A DNA stretch of 64,000 nucleotides, from NCBI GenBank assembly GCA_963813535.1, contig CAWEZH010000003.1:96001-160000 (forward strand). The letters run 5' to 3'. Below are positions 1 to 10,389 of the stretch, one piece after another. This DNA is from an uncultured Chloroflexia bacterium (GTDB lineage Bacteria > Chloroflexota > Limnocylindria > Limnocylindrales > CSP1-4). Below the pieces are notes generated by a model that searched no databases, was not told the origin of the DNA, and was given only the letters and a program-made list of their open reading frames with translations. A program made the translations under genes and the position numbers. Position 1 is the stretch's first letter; the number at the start of each line of letters is the position of its first letter.

Positions 1-40
1 GCACCTCGAGGCCATCGAGCCGGAGCAGGTCGTCCGTCAT
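1..40 (-). CDS. ABC transporter ATP-binding protein (OppF/DppF-like), N-terminal fragment running off the window edge
   Basis: ATG at 40-38 overlaps the TGA of the upstream ATPase (ATGA) and reads MTDDLLRLDGLEV, typical of an OppF start. Confidence 0.7.
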   Translation of the reverse strand, partial: MTDDLLRLDGLEV

Positions 41-1224
41 CCGGCGACCGTCGTGGCCGGGTCGTCGATCGCTGCCGGCGCCGGCACCGTGACCGGGATG
101 CCGTCGCTCCCGGCCGGGTAGAGATGGCACGCGACGCGCACGCCGTCGAACGTCACCTCCGGTGGCACGACCTCTCGGCACACGTCCATCGCGAACGGGC
201 AGCGCGGGGCGAACCGGCAGCCCGGCGGCGGGTCGCGCAGGTCCGGCGGGGACCCCGGGATCATGTCGAGCGTGCGGCGGTCAGCGTGGATGTTGGGGAA
301 GGCCGCCATGAGCTTCTGCGTATACGGATGACGCGGCCGCCGGAACACCTCGTCGACCGGCCCCTCCTCGGCGACCCGACCGGCGTACATCACCATCACC
401 CGGTCACAGGTCTCGGCGATGACCGACAGATCGTGCGTGATGAGGATCAACGACAGCCCGAGCTTGTGCCGGAGGTCCTCGAGCAGCTCCAGGATCTGGG
501 CCTGGACCATCACGTCGAGGGCGGTCGTCGGCTCGTCGCCGATGATCACGGCCGGGTCACAGGCGAGGGCCATGGCGATCATCGCTCGCTGCCGCATCCC
601 GCCCGACAGCTGGTGGGGATACGCGTCGCCCCGCTTCCGCGGGATGCCGACGAGCTCGAGCAGGTCGTCTGCCCGCTTCCGGGCGGCCTTCGGCGACTCG
701 CCGAGCCGCTCCTCGATCGGTTCGGCGATCTGGTCGCGGATGCGGCTGACCGGGTTGAGGGCATTCATCGCGCCCTGGAACACGATGCTGACCTCGCGCC
801 AGCGATAGCGGCGGAGTGCGTTCTCGCTCTTGGGCACGAGGTCGATGCCCATCAGGTTGATGCTGCCCGACACGATGCGGGCGTTCGACGGGAGGATGCG
901 CACGAGCGACAGGGCGGTCGTCGTCTTGCCACAGCCCGACTCCCCGGCGATCCCGAGAGCCTCGCCGTGGTCCAGCCGGAACGACACGCCGTCGACGGCC
1001 CGGACCGTGCCCGATCCGACCGTGAAATGGGTGCGCAGGTCGTCCACCACCAGGAGCGGCGCAGCCGGGTCGGCGAGCTTGGGCAGCGGGCGCTCGCGGC
1101 GCCTGATCGCCGTGGTCACGGCCGTCGTGGCACCGATGTCGACCAGCGGCTCCTCGAGCTCTTCCGGTTCGACGTCCGGAGGCGTGATGCCGTCGCGTGC
1201 GGAGGGCGGGATCGGCAGGCTCAT
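37..1224 (-). CDS. Oligopeptide/dipeptide ABC transporter ATP-binding protein (OppD/DppD-like)
   Basis: Walker A GESGCGKTT, signature LSGGMRQR, DEPTTALD and C-terminal PPGCRFAPRCP; start MSLPIP overlaps the permease stop. Confidence 0.95.
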   Translation of the reverse strand: MSLPIPPSARDGITPPDVEPEELEEPLVDIGATTAVTTAIRRRERPLPKLADPAAPLLVVDDLRTHFTVGSGTVRAVDGVSFRLDHGEALGIAGESGCGKTTTALSLVRILPSNARIVSGSINLMGIDLVPKSENALRRYRWREVSIVFQGAMNALNPVSRIRDQIAEPIEERLGESPKAARKRADDLLELVGIPRKRGDAYPHQLSGGMRQRAMIAMALACDPAVIIGDEPTTALDVMVQAQILELLEDLRHKLGLSLILITHDLSVIAETCDRVMVMYAGRVAEEGPVDEVFRRPRHPYTQKLMAAFPNIHADRRTLDMIPGSPPDLRDPPPGCRFAPRCPFAMDVCREVVPPEVTFDGVRVACHLYPAGSDGIPVTVPAPAAIDDPATTVAG

Positions 1225-2159
1225 CGGCGATGCCGCCGGCGAGGGTTGAGCAGGTCGTCGAGGGCCGTCCCGAGCAACGTGAACGCGAACACCACCAGCA
1301 CGATGCACAGACCGGGCGGGACGAAGTACCACCACGCTCCGAGATTCGGCGCCCCGACTTCCTCGGCGGCATTGAGGATCTGGCCCCATGACGGCTGGAA
1401 GGGGTCGCCGAGGCCGACGAACGACAGCGTCGTCTCGGTCAGCACCGCACCGGCGAAGACGAGGACGGCGTTCGCGACGAGCAGGTTCACCACGTTCGGC
1501 AGGATGTGGTGGTTGACGATATGCAGCCTGCCCGCCCCGATGACCCGGGCCCGGTCGACGAACGGCCGCTCCTTGAGCGACAGGGTCTGGGCGCGCAGGA
1601 TGCGCGCGGTCGATGCCCAGCTCGTGATCCCGACCACGATGACGATGACGATGAGTGTCGTCCGCACGCCGAGCACGACACTCCCCGTCCCGATCACGTC
1701 GGCGATGATCGGCGCCAGGATCAACGCCAGCACGAACGTGGGCAGCACCAGGAAGAAGTCCGTGATGCGCATCAGCGTGGAGTCGGTGCGCCCGCCCACG
1801 AACCCGCCGACGATGCCGATGACGCCGCCGAGGGACACGGTGATCACGGTGGCGAGCAGCCCGATGATCATCGAGATCCGCGTGCCGTGGACAGTCAGGT
1901 TCAGGATGCTCCGACCGATCTCATCGGTCCCCAGCGGGAACTGGGCCGAGGGTGGCTCGAGCCGCCCGCCGGTGGCCGTGACGGCGGTCTGCAGCGGGCC
2001 GACGAGCAGGTCGGGGATCGCCGCGAGGATCGTGAAGACGACAAGGATGGCCAGGCCGAACAACCCGTCCGGCCGGCCGACGATCCGGCGGAGCAGATGC
2101 TCCGATGGTGCGGCCGGCGCGAGCGGCGCGAGGTCGACGGTCGCGGCGGGTGTCGTCAT
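1221..2159 (-). CDS. Peptide ABC transporter permease (OppC/DppC-like)
   Basis: PLGTDEIGRSIL, EAA-like loop FVDRARVIGAG..HILPN and LSFVGLG..PSWG; ATG at 2159 overlaps the upstream stop. Confidence 0.93.
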   Translation of the reverse strand: MTTPAATVDLAPLAPAAPSEHLLRRIVGRPDGLFGLAILVVFTILAAIPDLLVGPLQTAVTATGGRLEPPSAQFPLGTDEIGRSILNLTVHGTRISMIIGLLATVITVSLGGVIGIVGGFVGGRTDSTLMRITDFFLVLPTFVLALILAPIIADVIGTGSVVLGVRTTLIVIVIVVGITSWASTARILRAQTLSLKERPFVDRARVIGAGRLHIVNHHILPNVVNLLVANAVLVFAGAVLTETTLSFVGLGDPFQPSWGQILNAAEEVGAPNLGAWWYFVPPGLCIVLVVFAFTLLGTALDDLLNPRRRHRR

Positions 2160-3131
2160 GAGCGAACCCGCGGATCGAGCCGGCCGTAGATCATGTCGGC
2201 CCCCAGGTTCGCCAGCACGACCGAGACACTCAACACCAGGAAGATCCCCTGGAGGACCGTGTAGTCGCGACCCTTCAGGGCGTCGACGGTCAACGTCCCC
2301 AGGCCCGGCCAGTTGAAGACCACTTCGACCGTGATGGCGCCGGCGACCACGTAGCCGAGGTTGATGGCGATCAGCGACACCGTCGGCAGCATGGCGTTGG
2401 GCAGGGCGTGCGTCCGCAGGATGCGCCGTTCCGAGATGCCCTTCGCTCGGGCGGTGGTGATGTACTCGTCGGACAGGGTCTCGATGATCGACGAGCGCAT
2501 CAGGATCGAGTACTGGCCGATGAGCCCGAGGGCCACCGTCGCGACCGGCAGCACCAGATGCGACAGGAGGTCGGCGAGGTATTCGAGCGGGGAATCGAAC
2601 TGCGCACCGAGCGAGTGCATCCCGAAGGACGGGAACCAGTGGAGCGTCGAGGCGAAGATCAGCAGCAGGATCATGCCGAGCAGGAAGTACGGCATCGAAT
2701 AGAGGATCAACGAGACGCCGTTGCCGACGAGGTCGACCGGCCCACCGCGTTTCCAGCCGGCGTATGCGCCGAGGGCGAGCCCGATGCCGATCGCCAGGAT
2801 CTCGCCCAGGCCGAAGAGCAGCAGCGTCGGGCCGATACGGCTCGCGATGACCTCGGTCACCGGGTCGACCGCGCTGGCCGAATGACAAGCCGAGGTCGCC
2901 GGTCAGCGTGGCGCCGACGTAGCTGATCAACTGGTCCGGGATCAGCGGCTTGTCGATGCCCCACCGCTCACGGATCTGCTGGATCGCCTCGGGCGAGACG
3001 TTCGGGTTCCGGGCCAGGATCCGATCGGGCGAGCCGGGCATCGCCCGGAACAGGACGAAGTTGACGACGACGATCAGGAAGATCGTCAGCGCCGCCTGGC
3101 CGAGGCGCCGGATGACGAAGCGGGTCGCCAC
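2156..3131 (-). CDS. Peptide ABC transporter permease (OppB/DppB-like), with a +1 frameshift near 2861-2864
   Basis: N-terminus (FVIRRLGQ..MPGSP..GDLGLSF) is in one frame; VTEVIASRIGPT..YITTARAKG..HALPNA..DPRVR is in another; junction reads CGA CCC G GTG. Confidence 0.88.
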
Positions 3132-3169
3132 GGCCGGCGCTCAGCCCGCGGACACCAGGTGGCTGCTCG

Positions 3170-5089
3170 TCACTCCTCTTCGGTCGCTTTCGTGCCGCGC
3201 TGGCGCATGATCACGCCACCGACGATCACGGCCAGGAGAATGGCGCCGCCCACCAGCAACAGTCCGGTGTTCGATGACGACCCGCCTGTCGGTGTCCCGG
3301 TGCCGCCGTCGGTCGGTGAGGCGCCAGGCGACGCGGGGGCCGTGCCATCGCTCGGTGACGCACTCGGCTCCGATCCGGCGACGGTCAGGTTCGTGTACCC
3401 GATCGGGCCGAACCCGAACAGCGGGGTGCCGCTGTCCGGCGGCTGGTTCACCCATCCGCCGAAGCGATCGGTGCGATACGCGTGCAGTTCCGAATCGTAG
3501 TACAGGGGGATGTTGGGGACCTCGGCGTAGAAGAGCTCCTGCATCTCCTGGAGCATGGCCTTGCGCGCCGTGTCGTCGAGCGTGTGGCCCTGTTCGGCGA
3601 ACAGCTCGTCGAAACGGGCGTTCGACCAGAACGTGTCGCTCGAGCCACCGATCTGATCGGTGATGAACGGCTCGAGCAGCGAGGTCGGGTCGACGTCCCC
3701 GACCCAGCCCCACATGTACGTGTCGAAATCGGCCTTGCCGGGCGGGTCGTACTCCGGCGGCGTCAGGTCGACGAGCAACGTGTCGTCATCGGTGACACCG
3801 GCGTCGACCTTGATGCCGAGCTGGCCCCACCACTCGGTGACGAACTGGGCCGCGGTCGCCAGCTCCGATTCGGAGGCCGGCCATGTCATCCGCAGATTGA
3901 TCGGCTTGCCATCCTTGTCGAGGCGCTGCCCGGAGGCATCCTTGACGTAGCCTGCCGCGGTCAGCTTCTCGTCGGCCTTGGTGAGGTCGAAGCTGCGCTG
4001 GACGTCCGCCGCTGGCGGGACGTACCACTTGGCCTGATAGGGCGGCAGGAGGCTGGTGCCCGGTGTGCCGTGCCCTGCGAGGACGCGGTCGACGAGCTGG
4101 GGCAGGTCGACGGCCCACGCGAGGGCGTCGCGGAACGCCGGGTCGGCGACCGCCGTGGTCGACGCGCCGCCATCGGGGATCGGCTTCGAGTAGCCGTTGA
4201 ACGTCAGGTACGAGTAGCCGTTCGCGGCGCCCTCGACCGTCACGATGTCAGGCTGGCCGGCGAGCGAGTCGAACGCGTCCGCGCTGACGCCGCGGGCGTA
4301 GTCGATCTCGCCATTGCGCAACGCCTGGACCATCGTGTCGTTGTTCTCGAAGTGGGTGATGATCAATTCCTCGGCCGCGCCCTGCTTGCCCCAGTAGTTC
4401 GGGTTGCGGGCGAAGCGCATGAACTGCCCGGGCTCGAACTCGACGGCCGTGTACGGACCAGTCCCGACCACGGGCGGGTCGTTGGCGAAGAAGCCCTCGG
4501 CTTCGGCGTTGGCGATCTGCTCGAGGGTGTACTTCTCCCAGATGTGCTTGGGCAGGACCGGGACATAGGCGGCCAGCAGCAACGGCGTGGGCTCAGCCGT
4601 CTCGACGACGAGCGTCGTTGGATCCGTCGCCTCCGCGGACGTCACTCCGGCCGACTTGACATAGCCATCGAGATAGCCGGACCCGAGCGTGACTTCATCG
4701 GCCAGCGCCCCGAGGACGAGCTGGTAGGTCCAGGCGGCATCCTCGGCGGTCGCCGCCTCGCCGTCGGACCACTTCATCCCGGGCCGGATCTTGAACGTCG
4801 TGGTCCTGCCGTCGTCCGAGGTCGTCCACGATTCGGCGAAACCGCCCGTATAGCCGAGATCCTGGTCGTAGCCCACGAGCAGGTCGTAGTTGAGGGTGAA
4901 GACCTCGTAGTCGAGGACATACACCGCCTGCCACGGGTTGAGCCCCTGGAACTCCTGGTCCGTACCGACCCGAAGGATCAGGTCGTCGGCGGCGGCCTGC
5001 ACGCTGGCGGTGGCCGGCGCGAGTGCGGCCGCGATCAGGCCGACGATGGCCAGGATTCGGCCCGACCGGGCACGGATCGTCGAACGCAT
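3170..5089 (-). CDS. ABC transporter substrate-binding protein, family 5, with C-terminal membrane anchor
   Basis: Signal peptide, FKIRPGMKWSDG..TAEDAAWT, VGTGPY, RNPNYWG; S/P/T/G linker then a TM helix; GGAGGAG RBS before ATG 5089. Confidence 0.93.
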   Translation of the reverse strand: MRSTIRARSGRILAIVGLIAAALAPATASVQAAADDLILRVGTDQEFQGLNPWQAVYVLDYEVFTLNYDLLVGYDQDLGYTGGFAESWTTSDDGRTTTFKIRPGMKWSDGEAATAEDAAWTYQLVLGALADEVTLGSGYLDGYVKSAGVTSAEATDPTTLVVETAEPTPLLLAAYVPVLPKHIWEKYTLEQIANAEAEGFFANDPPVVGTGPYTAVEFEPGQFMRFARNPNYWGKQGAAEELIITHFENNDTMVQALRNGEIDYARGVSADAFDSLAGQPDIVTVEGAANGYSYLTFNGYSKPIPDGGASTTAVADPAFRDALAWAVDLPQLVDRVLAGHGTPGTSLLPPYQAKWYVPPAADVQRSFDLTKADEKLTAAGYVKDASGQRLDKDGKPINLRMTWPASESELATAAQFVTEWWGQLGIKVDAGVTDDDTLLVDLTPPEYDPPGKADFDTYMWGWVGDVDPTSLLEPFITDQIGGSSDTFWSNARFDELFAEQGHTLDDTARKAMLQEMQELFYAEVPNIPLYYDSELHAYRTDRFGGWVNQPPDSGTPLFGFGPIGYTNLTVAGSEPSASPSDGTAPASPGASPTDGGTGTPTGGSSSNTGLLLVGGAILLAVIVGGVIMRQRGTKATEEE

Positions 5090-5239
5090 CGACTCCTCCT
5101 CCAGGACGGTCCGACACCACTCCCTGGCGGACCGCCGTTCCTTCACCGATGGCGATCGTCGCCGGTCGGATCGGCGGTACCGTCGCACACGGCGCGGTCC
5201 CGTGCAAGGAATGGGCGCGCTTGACGCGCCGGACAGGCC

Positions 5240-6427
5240 TCAGACGAGCGGCTGCAGCCGTGCGTCGGGGTCCAGCAGGACGGGCCGGTCGATGCGGAAC
5301 GCCCCGATCTCCCCGTCCGACGGCGAGCTGCCGTCGAGCGCCAGCTCGACGAGGATCCGGCCGATGACCGAGGCGAATTTGAACCCGTGGGCGGCGCCCA
5401 GACCGACCAGGACACCCGGCGATCCGGGCAGTCGGTCGATCACGAAGTCACGCTCGGGAGTCAGGGTGTAGAGGCAGGTCTTGGTGTAGATGTCGGGTCC
5501 ACCGGCGTCCGGCAGGTGGGCGTCGACGAACGACATCACGCGATCGTGGATGGCCGGATCCGGGTCGAACGTCCGCGTCGCCGGCGTGACCGGCCGGCCG
5601 CCACAGTCCTGGGCGACCTTCGGTCCCACCTCGCCGTAGATCGGGAAGCCGTAGAAGGACGGGTCGTCCATCCAGATCCAGACCGGGAAGGACTCCGCAG
5701 CGAAGGGCGCCGGGTTCAGGGCGGCGAGGTAGGTGACCTGCTCCTGCGTCACGGTGAGCGGGAGTCGCCGATCGAACTGCGCGAGCAACTCGTTGGTCCA
5801 GGCGTCGGCGGCGAGGACGACTCGTCCCGCGCCGTACGTCGTCCCGCCCGCGTCGACCTCGTAGGCGCCTCCGACGTCGCGGATGGCAGTCACCGGTGTG
5901 TGCTCCCGCAGCGTGGCACCCTCGTCGAGCGCTCGCCCACGGTGAGCGACATTGCCGTGGTACGGGTCGGCGATGCCGCCCGACGCCTGGTACATGCCGG
6001 TCACGTCGGCGGGCAGCCGCCAGGCAGGCCAGCGCCGCATGATCTCGGCGGCGTCGAGCAACTCGTACGGCACGCCCTCGGCCGTGAGGCTGTCCGTGTA
6101 GTCCGCCTGCGCGATCGCCGGCTCGGCCGGCCACAGGTCGAGGCCACCGGTGACCGTGACGATCCGTTCATCCGCCTCGGCCTCGACGATCGCCCACGAC
6201 TCGTAGGCGCGCTTCGCCAGCCGGACGTAGTCGGGTCGGTGGTAGGACAGGCGGATGATGCGACTGTGGTCGGCCGACGCGCCGTTCGCATGGCCGAACT
6301 CGAACTGCTCCAGGCCGAGCACGCGGGTGCCCGGCCGGCTCGACGCCCAGTACGCGGCCGCCGACCCGATCGCTCCGAGGCCAACGACGACGACATCCCA
6401 GTCGATGTGGCGCCGTGCGAGGATCAT
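5240..6427 (-). CDS. N-methyl-L-tryptophan/sarcosine oxidase family flavoprotein (SolA/MSOX-like)
   Basis: VVGLGAIGS FAD motif, GASADHSRIIR, CLYTLTPERDFVID (flavinylated Cys), HGFKFASVIG. Confidence 0.88.
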   Translation of the reverse strand: MILARRHIDWDVVVVGLGAIGSAAAYWASSRPGTRVLGLEQFEFGHANGASADHSRIIRLSYHRPDYVRLAKRAYESWAIVEAEADERIVTVTGGLDLWPAEPAIAQADYTDSLTAEGVPYELLDAAEIMRRWPAWRLPADVTGMYQASGGIADPYHGNVAHRGRALDEGATLREHTPVTAIRDVGGAYEVDAGGTTYGAGRVVLAADAWTNELLAQFDRRLPLTVTQEQVTYLAALNPAPFAAESFPVWIWMDDPSFYGFPIYGEVGPKVAQDCGGRPVTPATRTFDPDPAIHDRVMSFVDAHLPDAGGPDIYTKTCLYTLTPERDFVIDRLPGSPGVLVGLGAAHGFKFASVIGRILVELALDGSSPSDGEIGAFRIDRPVLLDPDARLQPLV

Positions 6428-6969
6428 CGGCCGGTCGCCCGGTCAAGGGCCACCCACTGGATCGCGGCGACGCTCATGGCGTCGGTGATCCGGCCGTCGC
6501 GGACCATCTCGAGGGCCTCGTCGAAATGCACCCAGCGGAGGGTGATCGACTCGGTCGGCTCAGGGGTCGCCTCGCCGTGGCGGAGCCCACGCGCGATGAA
6601 CAGGACCGCCACTTCGTCGGTCACGGAGTTCGAGAGGTCAAGACGGCACAGCTCGCGCCAGTCGGACGCCTCGAGACCGGTCTCCTCGCGCAGCTCGCGC
6701 CGGATGCCCTCGAGTGGTGTCTCGGTCGGCGGCACGCCGCCCTCGGGGATCTCCCATGAGACCCGGTCGAGCGTGTAGCGATGTTGGCCGACCAGCGCGA
6801 TACGGTCCTCGTCGTCGAAGGCGATCACGCCAGCCGCCAGGCTCTCGAAGTGCACGACGCCATAGATGCCGGGGCTGCCATCCGGCCTCTCCACGTCGTC
6901 GTGCCAGACGGTGATCCACGCGTTCTCGTAGGCGACCCGACGGCTGTGCCGGACGAAACGACCCTCCAT
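6424..6969 (-). CDS. NUDIX hydrolase (ADP-ribose pyrophosphatase-like)
   Basis: Nudix box EIPEGG..RRELREETG; QHRY; ITDAMS. Confidence 0.9.
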   Translation of the reverse strand: MEGRFVRHSRRVAYENAWITVWHDDVERPDGSPGIYGVVHFESLAAGVIAFDDEDRIALVGQHRYTLDRVSWEIPEGGVPPTETPLEGIRRELREETGLEASDWRELCRLDLSNSVTDEVAVLFIARGLRHGEATPEPTESITLRWVHFDEALEMVRDGRITDAMSVAAIQWVALDRATGR

Positions 6970-7037
6970 CCCGGCATCGTCGCATGGCGCGAGCGGGCTC
7001 GTCGTGGCGTCGCGAGCGAGCCCTAGACTTCGCGGCC

Positions 7038-9140
7038 ATGACCGATGGTCGATCCGCCCCCGAACCCCGCTTCGATGTCCAGGTCGACTGGGATGCCCGG
7101 ATCGTGGTTCGCGACGGGACCGAGCTGTCGGCCAACATCTGGCGTCCTGTCGCGCGCGATCGTGCTCCGGATGGGGGCTCCGGGCGCTTCCCGGCGATCC
7201 TCGAGATGATCCCGTACGGCAAGGACAACTGGCGGCGCGCGGTCGACACGACGCGGGGTGAGTGGTTCGCCGCCCGCGGCTTCGCCCTGTGCCGCCTCGA
7301 CGTCCGTGGCACTGGATCGTCGAGCGGCGTGGCGCTCGATGAGTACACCGCCGACGAGACGCGCGATGGCTACGACGCGGTCGAATGGCTGGCGGCCCAG
7401 CCGTGGTGCGACGGCGGCGTCGGCATGTGGGGGATCTCCTACGGCGGGTTCACCTCGATCCAGGTCGCGGCACTGCGGCCACCCCACCTTCGGGCGATCG
7501 TGCCGGTCATGGCCACGGACGACCGGTATCTCGACGACGTCCACTACCGCGGCGGTTGCGTGACGGTCAGCGAGCTGTCGCAGTACGCCGTCAGTCAGGT
7601 GGCGATGAACGCCATGCCGCCCGACGCCTCGTTCCGTGGAGCCGCGTGGCGGGACGAGTGGCGCGCCCGTCTCGACGCGACGCCGCCGTGGCTGTTCGCG
7701 TGGCTGCGCCACCAGACGGACGGGCCGTACTGGCGACAGGGCTCGCTGGCTCCCGACTACGAGGCTATCGAGGTCCCGATCTTCAACATCGGTGGATGGC
7801 ACGACTCGTATGTCGACCCGGCCTTCCGGATGCAGGCGCGCTGCAGCGCGCCGTCGCACACGCTGGTCGGCAACTGGGTCCATTCGTGGCCACACAGCGC
7901 CTTCCCTGGCCCGAACCTCGATGACCTGTACGAGATCGCCCGCTTCTTCGACCGGCACCTCAACGGAACGCCGAACGGTTGGGAGGACGAGGCCCCGGTC
8001 GTCTGGTATGAGCACGAGTTCACGCCGCCGGTCGCCTTCCCGGCCCAGCTGCCAGGGCGGTGGCGTGCGGCATCGGCGTACCCGCATCCCGCGACGACGA
8101 CCGAGAGCTGGGCATTCGGCGCGGCGTCGCTCGCGGGATCGGGCAACGGCAACGAGGGGGTCGACACCTTCCACCACCGACCCACGACCGGCACCCGGGG
8201 GCCGCTGTCGTGGGGCGCGGGCGACCCTCCGAACGGCCTGGCACGCGACCTGCGGCGAGATGAGGCGGACGGACCGACCTACACGACCGCGCCGCTCACG
8301 GAGGCGGTCGACGTGCTCGGCGTCCCCGAGGTGGTCGTGTTCGTCGAGGTCGATGCGCCGGTCGCCACGCTGTCGGTGCGGCTCTCGGACGTCGCGCCGG
8401 ATGGCACGTCGGCGCTCGTGAGTGCCGGGGTGCTGAACCTCACGCATCGAGGCTCGCATGCCGCACCCGAGCCGCTCCGACCCGGGTCGGTCGAGGAGGT
8501 CCGCGTGCCGTTACGGACGGCTGGCTATCGATGGCTCCCAGGCCACCGACTCCGGGTGGCGATCGCGTCGTCGTTGTGGCCCGTGCTGTGGCCATCGCCC
8601 TATCCGGCGACGTTCCACGTCCATCGCGGACCGGCGACCCCGTCCCGGCTCGAGCTCCCGGTCATCCCGCCGGCCGGCGGTGAGGGCGACCTTCCCGTGC
8701 CGGCATTCCGGACCGACCCGCCTGACCTCCGCTGGCCCGAGCCGGAAGCGACGGACGGTGCTGGCCCAGCCCTGGCCGATACGCCCACCTGGCGGATCGA
8801 GGAAGACGTCCTCGATGGGTCGGTCACCGTCCGGTTCCACGATGGCGGCGAGGACGTCGTCCCGGATGGCCGCCGCCTGTACGCCGCCGAGTCGATCCGG
8901 ATGACCGCCTGGGACGACGACCCGGCACGCGCCGAGCTGGACGCGGACGTCGTCTACCGCTGGCAGGAACGCGACCCGGCACGGAACGGTGAGCTGACGC
9001 GCATCGAGATCCGGGCGACGTCCCGTCAACGCAGCACGGTGTCGGACTTCGATCTCTCCGTGCGGCTGGAGGTCGATGTCGACGGCGAGCGATTCTTCGA
9101 CCGCGACTGGCAGGAGACGATCCCCCGCCAACTCGTCTGA
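7038..9140 (+). CDS. CocE/NonD family serine hydrolase (peptidase S15-like)
   Basis: RDGTELSANIWRP, PYGK, DVRGTGSS, nucleophile elbow GISYGG, GGWHD, GNWVH. Confidence 0.9.
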   Translation: MTDGRSAPEPRFDVQVDWDARIVVRDGTELSANIWRPVARDRAPDGGSGRFPAILEMIPYGKDNWRRAVDTTRGEWFAARGFALCRLDVRGTGSSSGVALDEYTADETRDGYDAVEWLAAQPWCDGGVGMWGISYGGFTSIQVAALRPPHLRAIVPVMATDDRYLDDVHYRGGCVTVSELSQYAVSQVAMNAMPPDASFRGAAWRDEWRARLDATPPWLFAWLRHQTDGPYWRQGSLAPDYEAIEVPIFNIGGWHDSYVDPAFRMQARCSAPSHTLVGNWVHSWPHSAFPGPNLDDLYEIARFFDRHLNGTPNGWEDEAPVVWYEHEFTPPVAFPAQLPGRWRAASAYPHPATTTESWAFGAASLAGSGNGNEGVDTFHHRPTTGTRGPLSWGAGDPPNGLARDLRRDEADGPTYTTAPLTEAVDVLGVPEVVVFVEVDAPVATLSVRLSDVAPDGTSALVSAGVLNLTHRGSHAAPEPLRPGSVEEVRVPLRTAGYRWLPGHRLRVAIASSLWPVLWPSPYPATFHVHRGPATPSRLELPVIPPAGGEGDLPVPAFRTDPPDLRWPEPEATDGAGPALADTPTWRIEEDVLDGSVTVRFHDGGEDVVPDGRRLYAAESIRMTAWDDDPARAELDADVVYRWQERDPARNGELTRIEIRATSRQRSTVSDFDLSVRLEVDVDGERFFDRDWQETIPRQLV

Positions 9141-9195
9141 CGAACCGGTTGCCGGGCGGATCGTCCGCGCCGCCGGGCCCCGCTACACTCCGGCG

Positions 9196-10359
9196 GTGCT
9201 GCGCATCAGCCGCAAGGCGGAGTCGTTCACGGAGTCGGTCATCCGCGAGATGAACCGCGTCGCCGTGGCGCACGGAGCCGTCAGCCTCGCCCAAGGGTTC
9301 CCGGATTTCGCGTGCCCGCCCGAGCTGAAGCGGGCCGTCGCCGAGGCCGTTGACGCGGACATCAACCAGTACGCCATCACGTGGGGCTCCAAGCCGTTGC
9401 GCGACGCGATCGCGGAATCGACGCCGCGCCATTTCGCGGGCTTTGGCGAGATCGATCCCGAGACGCAGATCACGGTCACCTGCGGCGCCACCGAGGCCAT
9501 GATCGCGGCGATGCTCGGCCTGCTCGACCCGGGCGACGAGGTGGTGATCTTCGAGCCCTACTACGAGAACTACGGTCCGGACGCGATCCTGTCGGACGCC
9601 GTACCTCGGTACGTCACGCTCCACGAGCCCGATTGGTCGATCGACCCGGACGAGCTGCGTGCGGCATTCGGTCCGCGGACGCGTGGCCTCGTGCTGAACT
9701 CGCCACACAATCCGACCGGCAAGGTCTTCACCCACGATGAGCTCGAGCTCATCGCGTCGTTGTGCATCGAGCACGATGTCATCGCCTTCACGGACGACAT
9801 CTACGAGCATCTCGTCTACGAGGGCGAGCACGTCCCGTTGGCGACCCTCCCGGGGATGGCGGAGCGGACCGTCAGCATCCACTCGATGTCCAAGACCTAC
9901 TCGGTCACCGGTTGGCGGATCGGCTGGACGATCGCCTCGCCAGAGCTGTCGGTCGGTATCCGGCGCGTGCACGATTTCCTGACGGTGGGTGCGGCTGCGC
10001 CACTGCAGGCGGCTGCGGTCACCGCGCTGTGCCTGCCCGATGCCTACTACGCCGACCTCGTCGATGGCTACCGCGAGCGACGCGACGTCCTCGTGCCCGC
10101 GCTCCGGGCGGCGGGCTTCGCCGTCCACGAGCCACGCGGCGCGTACTACGTCATGACCGACATCCGCGACCTCGCAGAGCCGGGCGAGAGCGACGTGACG
10201 TTCGCCCACCGGCTGATCCGCGACCCAGGCGTCGCGGCCGTGCCCGGCTCGTCGTTCTTCTCGCGACCCGAGCTGGGCCGGACGAAGGTGCGGTTCGCGT
10301 TCCCGAAACGCATCGAGACCTTGCGAGCCGCGGCCGAACGGCTGGCGCGCCTGGCCTGA
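9196..10359 (+). CDS. PLP-dependent aminotransferase class I/II (YbdL/kynurenine aminotransferase-like)
   Basis: LAQGFPDF, NSPHNPTGKV, DDIYEH, SMSKTYSVTGWRIGW; GTG start 6 nt after TACACT. Confidence 0.92.
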   Translation: MLRISRKAESFTESVIREMNRVAVAHGAVSLAQGFPDFACPPELKRAVAEAVDADINQYAITWGSKPLRDAIAESTPRHFAGFGEIDPETQITVTCGATEAMIAAMLGLLDPGDEVVIFEPYYENYGPDAILSDAVPRYVTLHEPDWSIDPDELRAAFGPRTRGLVLNSPHNPTGKVFTHDELELIASLCIEHDVIAFTDDIYEHLVYEGEHVPLATLPGMAERTVSIHSMSKTYSVTGWRIGWTIASPELSVGIRRVHDFLTVGAAAPLQAAAVTALCLPDAYYADLVDGYRERRDVLVPALRAAGFAVHEPRGAYYVMTDIRDLAEPGESDVTFAHRLIRDPGVAAVPGSSFFSRPELGRTKVRFAFPKRIETLRAAAERLARLA

Positions 10360-10379
10360 CGGGTCGGGCAGGACCCGTC
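10358..10379. terminator. Hairpin between convergent genes (probable terminator)
   Basis: GACGGGTC-N6-GACCCGTC, an 8-bp perfect stem; no U-tract. Confidence 0.45.
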
Positions 10380-10389
10380 GCCCCGCAGA

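Noticed and set aside
2855-2870. Programmed ribosomal frameshift in oppB
   Set aside because: No slippery heptamer or stimulatory structure; an extra base in a short homopolymer is a simpler explanation.
1221-3131. 636-aa apparent OppB-OppC fusion ORF
   Set aside because: Artefact of the frameshift near 2862: the middle is Arg-rich off-frame sequence, and the true OppB body is in the 2156-2860 frame.
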